A stretch of DNA of 62,094 bases, the filler included. It is 5 parts of 5 records of this genome, joined end to end, with 100 filler letters (N's around TTAATTAATTAA, not from the genome) between each part and the next. Parts side by side here need not be neighbours in the genome. Positions count along the whole stretch, not along the records: positions 55,093 to 62,094 come from DRR723986_23948; 4 more parts are not named here. The stretch is one strand, 5' to 3'. The position numbers and the translations under genes are program-made. A model generated the notes under the pieces. It was not told the origin of the DNA. It worked only from the letters and a program-made list of their open reading frames with translations, and searched no databases. Each line of letters starts with the position of its first letter. Position 1 is the stretch's first letter. This document shows, piece after piece, positions 57,036 to 62,094 of the stretch.

Positions 57036-57041
57036 TGTGCC

Positions 57042-57632
57042 ATGACCAGAATCATCGGCGGCGAGGCAGGATCCCTGCGCTTAGCCAGTGCTGCCACGGT
57101 CACCAGGCCCACATCGGACCGCGTTCGAGAAGCCTTGTTCTCCCGGATTGAAGCACATAGAGAGCTCGAAGGAGCGTGTGTGCTTGACCTTTTCGCCGGC
57201 ACCGGAGCGCTGGGGTTAGAAGCAGCTTCGCGCGGTGCTTCCGCAATCTGGTTGGTCGAAAAACATCGGGGAGCTCTCCAGGTCATTCGAGCCAATATCG
57301 CAACACTGACCACCGCACTCTCTCGAGCGGTAGCCTTCACCACGATCGCCTCCACCGTGAGCTCGTTCCTTCGATCAGAGCCCACCACCCAGGCAGACCT
57401 GGTGTTTATTGACCCTCCCTACGACCTCGAGGATGCTGAGCTCAACCAAGTACTCCAGGACCTCATCCCGTGGCTCAATTCGGGCGCGTGGGTCATCGTG
57501 GAGCGTTCTTCTCGCTCCAGCGAACCCGCGTGGCCGGCAGGGCTCGATCCTCTGCCAGAGAAGACCTATGGAGATACCACCCTTTATGTCGCCGTTGCCG
57601 GGGAAAAGGGATCCCAACCACCTCTCTCGTGA
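57042..57632 (+). CDS. rsmD: 16S rRNA m2G966 methyltransferase RsmD
   Basis: MTRIIGG, TRPTSDRVREALF, VLDLFAGTGALGLEAASRGA, DLVFIDPPY and YGDT. Confidence 0.96.
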   Translation: MTRIIGGEAGSLRLASAATVTRPTSDRVREALFSRIEAHRELEGACVLDLFAGTGALGLEAASRGASAIWLVEKHRGALQVIRANIATLTTALSRAVAFTTIASTVSSFLRSEPTTQADLVFIDPPYDLEDAELNQVLQDLIPWLNSGAWVIVERSSRSSEPAWPAGLDPLPEKTYGDTTLYVAVAGEKGSQPPLS

Positions 57633-58606
57633 GAGATGTCCCTCCCGGGCACCGTCACTTCCGGTGCCGTGGATGCGCGGGTGACCACACCAATGGGGGT
57701 GAATCCCTCCGGGATGCTCTGGTGCGAGGGAAAAGCCACCAGGAACGAATGGTCCTCGCCGCCAAATAAGGCATCCTCCAGCGTGACACCGGGATAAGCG
57801 GCGATCACCGAAGAGAGTGTGTCGATATCAAGCTCAATATCCACCCCACTTGCCCGCGCCATACGAGTGGCATCCAAGACGAGACCATCGGAAATGTCCA
57901 TCATCGCGTGAGCACCCGCCTCGGCAGCAATCGGGCCCAGCGCAATGGGGGCTTGGGGTGCGAGGTGCTGGCGCACAAGCTCATTCTCCGCCACGAGCCG
58001 GGCAATCAGGCGAGAATTATCGCCAGCGCCAAGCAAGAGTCGCAACCCTGCCGCCGAGAGCCCCAGTGGGCCTCCCACCGCCATGACATCGCCTGGTTGG
58101 GCTCCGGAGCGGGTGACCGGTGCGCGACCGCGCATATCCCCCAGCACCGTCACGGCCAGGCTCAACACCGGGGCGCGAGAGAGATCACCACCGGCAATAG
58201 AGGCCTCGGGGGTGAGCTCGCTGATTCCCTGAGCAAAACCCCTGGCTAAATCCAACAGGGTGGACATCGGGGTGTGGGCAGGAGTGGCCACGGCAATCTC
58301 GTAGGTGACCACGTGGGCACCCATGGCGGCAATATCAGCCGCATTGCTCGCAATTGCTTTACGCCCGACCATGACCGGAGTTGACCAGTCCAGTCGAAAG
58401 TCTGGGCCTTCCATCATCATGTCGCAGCTAATAACCACCTGGGCTTCACTGAGGCTAATAATCGCTGCGTCATCACCAGGTCCCAACACCGTGCTGGGGG
58501 CACCGGGAAGCAGTGGAAATATCGCCTGGAGGGCAGCACTTTCGCCCAGCTCGCCCACGCTCACCGACGGCGACGTTGCATCGGGGCTCTCCACGGCTTC
58601 ACTCAT
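57584..58606 (-). CDS. thiL: Thiamine-monophosphate kinase
   Basis: GPGDDAA, DIAAMGA, IAGGDL, RSGAQPGD, AMMDISDGL and GGEDH, with actinobacterial GGWDPF end. ATG 58606. Overlaps the rsmD 3' end by 49 nt. Confidence 0.95.
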   Translation of the reverse strand: MSEAVESPDATSPSVSVGELGESAALQAIFPLLPGAPSTVLGPGDDAAIISLSEAQVVISCDMMMEGPDFRLDWSTPVMVGRKAIASNAADIAAMGAHVVTYEIAVATPAHTPMSTLLDLARGFAQGISELTPEASIAGGDLSRAPVLSLAVTVLGDMRGRAPVTRSGAQPGDVMAVGGPLGLSAAGLRLLLGAGDNSRLIARLVAENELVRQHLAPQAPIALGPIAAEAGAHAMMDISDGLVLDATRMARASGVDIELDIDTLSSVIAAYPGVTLEDALFGGEDHSFLVAFPSHQSIPEGFTPIGVVTRASTAPEVTVPGRDISHERGGWDPFSPATAT

Positions 58607-58630
58607 ACCCACCACGCTAGCCTGGGTGGT
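58607..58630. promoter_or_regulatory. Bidirectional leaderless promoter (thiL / DUF3515)
   Basis: 24-bp intergenic region. TAGCCT-N7-GTG on + and TAGCGT-N7-ATG on - share the central TA. Confidence 0.7.
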
Positions 58631-59098
58631 GTGAGAGTGCGCGCGCAATTATTCCTGGTGGTCTCGACCCTGGCCTTGGTCAGCGCGTGCGCGCCGACAG
58701 TCAATCTTGACCCAGCCGCCCAGGCCAACGATCCCTCCTGCGCCAACATGATGGTCCGTCTGCCCGATGAGGTGGCGGGGCTTGAGCGTCGAGGCGTTAA
58801 CGCCCAATCCACCGCAGCGTGGGGAACCCCTGTCGCGGTCATTGTTCGATGCGGACTGGACAAACCAGCACCCTCAACACTTCCGTGTTTCACCCTGCGA
58901 GGTGTTGACTGGCTGCGTGATGATGCTGATGATCCGCGTTTTGTCTTCACCACCTATGGGCTAGAACCGGCGACCCAGGTCATTATCGACTCCACCCTCG
59001 CCTCTGGCACCCAAGCCCTGAGTGATCTCTCCCGGGCGGTGGAGAGCCAATCCACCCCCGTCAGCGCCTGCTTAGACGCGACGAGCGTCCTGGAATAA
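58631..59098 (+). CDS. DUF3515 family lipoprotein
   Basis: Lipobox VSAC, ANDPSCA.MMVRLP, TAAWG.P..VIVRCG, GVDW and TTYG..PA. Divergent from thiL, as usual in Actinobacteria. Confidence 0.9.
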   Translation: MRVRAQLFLVVSTLALVSACAPTVNLDPAAQANDPSCANMMVRLPDEVAGLERRGVNAQSTAAWGTPVAVIVRCGLDKPAPSTLPCFTLRGVDWLRDDADDPRFVFTTYGLEPATQVIIDSTLASGTQALSDLSRAVESQSTPVSACLDATSVLE

Positions 59099-59106
59099 GG
59101 CGCGGG

Positions 59107-60246
59107 TTAGCCCCGTGGGCCATCAAGGCCCACCAGCTTGCCGGCGATACCCCCCGCTGCTCGCAGCGCTACACCCTGGCCAAAGCCACTTTGGGGGAAC
59201 ACCACAGGGTTATCGCGAGCTTCACACAAGGCGTCCTCAAGCACTCTCAGCGCAGGATGCGTGGGGGCCCACAAATACAGCGACAAGGCACCGGGGATGG
59301 TGTTCACTTCGTTGACGAAGACGTCTCCCGTTGTCTCATCCCAGAGCAAATCAACACGAACAATGCCGGTGAGTCGGGTGACCTCAGCCACCGCGGTGGC
59401 TAACTCTGCCGCAGCGGTGTGCACCGCCGGGGGTGCTTGGGCAGGAAATTCCCGCGGGGCATGAGTGAGTCCTGCACCGCCTCCCGCGAGGTATTTTTCC
59501 TGATACGAGTACAGGCCTGTCGCCTCGCCCTCGGCGCGCAAGGGGCGCTCCACCTCGGTCAGTTCCAGAGCAGGCCACGTTCTAAAGGAAATGTTGAGAT
59601 CGACCAGGTGTGGTCGATACGGCTCTAGGACAGCCCCAGCACCCAGGTGTGGTGACGTGCTCGCCAGAGTTCGTGCCGTGGCGAGGTCATCGACAATTTC
59701 AATCCCGATCGAAGATCCGCCAAAGCGAGGCTTCACAATGTAGGGGCCTGGGAAACTTGGCTCGCGGTGTTGACTCAGGGCCTCCCTGGGTAGCGACGCA
59801 ATTCCTGCGCTGCGCATCAATCCACCGAAGGCAAGCTTGTCCATCCCGACCGCGCCGGCATAGACGGTAGAGCCGGTGGCGGGAATATCGAGGTAGCTAA
59901 AGAGTGCCGCGGCACCACCGCCCTCTCCCAGGCCACCGTGGAAACACAGCAGGGCAGCATCGATATCCAGAGGTTTCTTGCTCAGGCCCTTATGGGGATA
60001 GAGACCTGGCTGGGACGAAATCACCACATCTATTTCTTTGGCACCCGGTGGTGGGCCGGTGAGAAAATCTTTGGCTTCGCAGGTAGCCGGCACCAGATAC
60101 CAACCACCGGTGGGCGAGACATAGAGGGCATGCACTGAGCACCCTCCGTCGCTGAGCACTCGAGCAGCTTGCAAGCCCGTGAGTATCGAAATTTCGTGTT
60201 CGGGGCTCGGGCCACCAAACACCACTGCCCAGGTCGAATCAGCCAT
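59107..60246 (-). CDS. ddl: D-alanine--D-alanine ligase family ATP-grasp enzyme (atypical clade)
   Basis: VFGGPSPEHEIS, FHGGLGEGG, MDKL, VKPRFGGSSIGI, YSYQEKY, GIVRVD and NEVNTIPGALSLYLW. Confidence 0.85.
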   Translation of the reverse strand: MADSTWAVVFGGPSPEHEISILTGLQAARVLSDGGCSVHALYVSPTGGWYLVPATCEAKDFLTGPPPGAKEIDVVISSQPGLYPHKGLSKKPLDIDAALLCFHGGLGEGGGAAALFSYLDIPATGSTVYAGAVGMDKLAFGGLMRSAGIASLPREALSQHREPSFPGPYIVKPRFGGSSIGIEIVDDLATARTLASTSPHLGAGAVLEPYRPHLVDLNISFRTWPALELTEVERPLRAEGEATGLYSYQEKYLAGGGAGLTHAPREFPAQAPPAVHTAAAELATAVAEVTRLTGIVRVDLLWDETTGDVFVNEVNTIPGALSLYLWAPTHPALRVLEDALCEARDNPVVFPQSGFGQGVALRAAGGIAGKLVGLDGPRG

Positions 60247-60283
60247 GCCTCATCCTTCGTCAAAGTGCGCCGTGGTTACCGGT

Positions 60284-61840
60284 TTAGGGGTAATGATCGG
60301 GCAGGTCATTCTCATAGAGAATAACGCCCGTAGTGCCCGCAGCCTGGAGCGCAGCACTCACCGCGTCGGGTCGTGAGTTAAAGACGCTGGCTTCTCCCTG
60401 CGCTCCGGAGAGCAATGCCTTGCGATTGGTGCGACCCACGATCATCAATGTTCCGCCAGCCTTGACGATGGAGGAAGCGAGTTTCTTATTTCGCTCAAAC
60501 TGGACCGGCCCTAATTCGACCATCCCCGGCGTGACCACCACAAAAGGTCCTTTGCGCTTTTTCGCCAGTTGCGCACCCGAGGTCACCGCGTGCTGCGCCC
60601 CCACAGGATTGGAATTGTAGGTGTCATCAATAATGGCGACGCCCTCGGTAACCTCTCCTACTTCAGCACGGTGAGCAGCCACGGGAAGGTGAGCTAGACG
60701 AGCTAAGGCTTCTGCCTTGGGAACGTCGAGAGCCCACGCAATACCCAAGGCCACGGCGATATTGACACCGTGACCAAAAGGGGGAATTTCCATCGGACTT
60801 GGTTGATCCTGGGGCCCATATTTCACGGTTCCCAAATCGGGATCCAGCACGATGTCGGCTTTTTTGCCCTGCGCACTGACCGTAATCACCGTCTTCTTTG
60901 CCCGAGCACACTTATCCGCCAGGGTGCGAAGTTCGGATTGATCAATGGGCAGGACCACTGTGGAGGCCTTTTCGGTGATTTCAGCTTTGGCGCGGAAAAT
61001 TGCTTCTTTCGAACCCAATCGCTCCATATGTGCTTCGCCGATCACGGTGATCGCCGCAATATCGGGTGGGAACCAATTCGAGAGCTCCCGAATCCGACCC
61101 TCAGCGTTCATGCCCATTTCCGCGACAAACACACTGGTGCCCGCCACGAGGTGCTCGTTGATGGTCTTGGAGAGCCCCATCAGGTTGTTAAAGCTTGCCG
61201 GTGAGGCAACAGTGGAATGAGTTCCCCCCACCAGTGTGGCGACATAGCCCTTCGTGGAGGTCTTGCCATAGCTTCCCGTAATCGCCACCACGCGGGGCTT
61301 TACTCTCTTGAGCTTGCGCTGAGCCTGAGAGACAAACTTCATCGTGAGATTGCGCTCGAGATACCACAAGAACCCCAGGGCGAGATCGGCAAGATTTGCC
61401 GTGAACAACAGCGGAATGAGCACTCCGGCAGGGCCCAACACCACGACGGTGAGTGTCCCGAGGACCAGTTGAAGGACAAAAATTCCGGCATAGGCCCTCT
61501 GCGCTCGAGGGGTCCACGCCAGAGGACTGGTCACCCCACGAAAAGGCAAGCGCCACGGGGTAGGCAAGATCATCAACGGAGCAATCACGGCAAGCCAGGC
61601 TAGTTCTGGCATGTTCAGCCAGGCGCTTCCCTGGACAGAAGTTAACGCGAGAGTGGCCGCGCCACCCCACCACAGCGCTCCCAGCGGTTGTCGATCAAAC
61701 CAGAGGCGCTCCAAGCGCGCGACTTCCCGGGGTAAATAGTGCACCCGCTGGGCCACGCGAACCCATTTGAGATTCATCAACGCTGCGGTCACGACGCCCG
61801 AGGTAATGGCCGCCACCAGGAGCAGAAGATCTGGTGACAT
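60284..61840 (-). CDS. MurF-like Mur ligase with N-terminal multi-pass membrane domain
   Basis: About 160-aa hydrophobic N-terminus, then VAITGSYGKTSTK, SFNNLMG, FVAEMG, GEAHMER, HR, IIDDTYNSNP.G, VTPGMVELG and ENDLPDHY. Confidence 0.88.
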   Translation of the reverse strand: MSPDLLLLVAAITSGVVTAALMNLKWVRVAQRVHYLPREVARLERLWFDRQPLGALWWGGAATLALTSVQGSAWLNMPELAWLAVIAPLMILPTPWRLPFRGVTSPLAWTPRAQRAYAGIFVLQLVLGTLTVVVLGPAGVLIPLLFTANLADLALGFLWYLERNLTMKFVSQAQRKLKRVKPRVVAITGSYGKTSTKGYVATLVGGTHSTVASPASFNNLMGLSKTINEHLVAGTSVFVAEMGMNAEGRIRELSNWFPPDIAAITVIGEAHMERLGSKEAIFRAKAEITEKASTVVLPIDQSELRTLADKCARAKKTVITVSAQGKKADIVLDPDLGTVKYGPQDQPSPMEIPPFGHGVNIAVALGIAWALDVPKAEALARLAHLPVAAHRAEVGEVTEGVAIIDDTYNSNPVGAQHAVTSGAQLAKKRKGPFVVVTPGMVELGPVQFERNKKLASSIVKAGGTLMIVGRTNRKALLSGAQGEASVFNSRPDAVSAALQAAGTTGVILYENDLPDHYP

Positions 61841-61852
61841 GGTGCGACTTCC

Positions 61853-62092
61853 TTACTGGCCGAGGGCGTGAGTCACGGCGTCCGTGAGCTCCGCTTCGAG
61901 GTTACCTTCCAGAAGGTGTCCTGCCCCTGAAACCACGCGCAGTGTGGCGTGGGGGAAATAGTCCATCGATTTCTCTGCCGCAGCCAGCGGAGCTGGCACA
62001 TCGGCCTCCCCCCAGACCAGTGTCACCGGCGCCGTGACGCGCGCGGCATCCTCGAGATAGTCTTCGGCGATTACCCGCACCAAAATGTCGCG
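61853..62092 (-). CDS. Alpha/beta-fold hydrolase (5' truncated by window edge)
   Basis: RDILVRVIAEDY...APVTLVWGEADVPAP...VSGAGHLL, showing the catalytic Asp and His motifs. Confidence 0.85.
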   Translation of the reverse strand, partial: RDILVRVIAEDYLEDAARVTAPVTLVWGEADVPAPLAAAEKSMDYFPHATLRVVSGAGHLLEGNLEAELTDAVTHALGQ

Positions 62093-62094
62093 CA

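Noticed and set aside
57584-57632. 49-nt convergent overlap of rsmD and thiL
   Set aside because: Short 3' overlaps are ordinary in compact high-GC genomes.

Overview
The window is not one locus. It is five unrelated contigs joined by artificial 100-nt spacers (N44-TTAATTAATTAA-N44) at 24945-25044, 35258-35357, 47556-47655 and 54993-55092. Taxonomic calls below are inferred from gene content. Contig 1 (1-24944, Planctomycete-like) holds a TPR-metallopeptidase/DUF4159/MoxR/DUF58/BatA-vWA/DUF4175-like operon, including a >1090-aa ORF missing from the ORF track. It also holds a near-complete type IV filament (T2SS/T4P-like) cluster with seven pilin-like genes, an MshEN ATPase and a degenerate receiver. 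Contig 2 (25045-35257, alphaproteobacterial, probably plasmid) holds an IclR-regulated catabolic operon: CoA-transferase, ABC importer, reductase, aldehyde and alcohol dehydrogenases, and a citrate-synthase-fold lyase. Contig 3 (35358-47555, Planctomycete-like) holds a DUF1552/DUF1592 pair, an AlkC-like glycosylase, TMEM14, a VPS10 propeller and REP-like repeats. It ends in a defence island: DarTG2 plus a Lamassu/ABC-3C-like nuclease gene interrupted by an IS3-type end. Contig 4 (47656-54992, Roseibium/Labrenzia-like) holds a TRAP transporter, a thioesterase, a CTAG-bounded MITE and a thiolase-fold/DUF35-SDR/isatin hydrolase/SDR operon resembling indole-3-acetate catabolism. Contig 5 (55093-62094, Microbacteriaceae-like) holds recG-rsmD-thiL-DUF3515 with two bidirectional -10 promoters. 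Next to these is a trio of alpha/beta-hydrolase, membrane-anchored MurF-like ligase and atypical Ddl, which is my best candidate for an uncharacterised system. I found no rRNA, tRNA or CRISPR array. All family assignments come from motif recognition; no database search was run.
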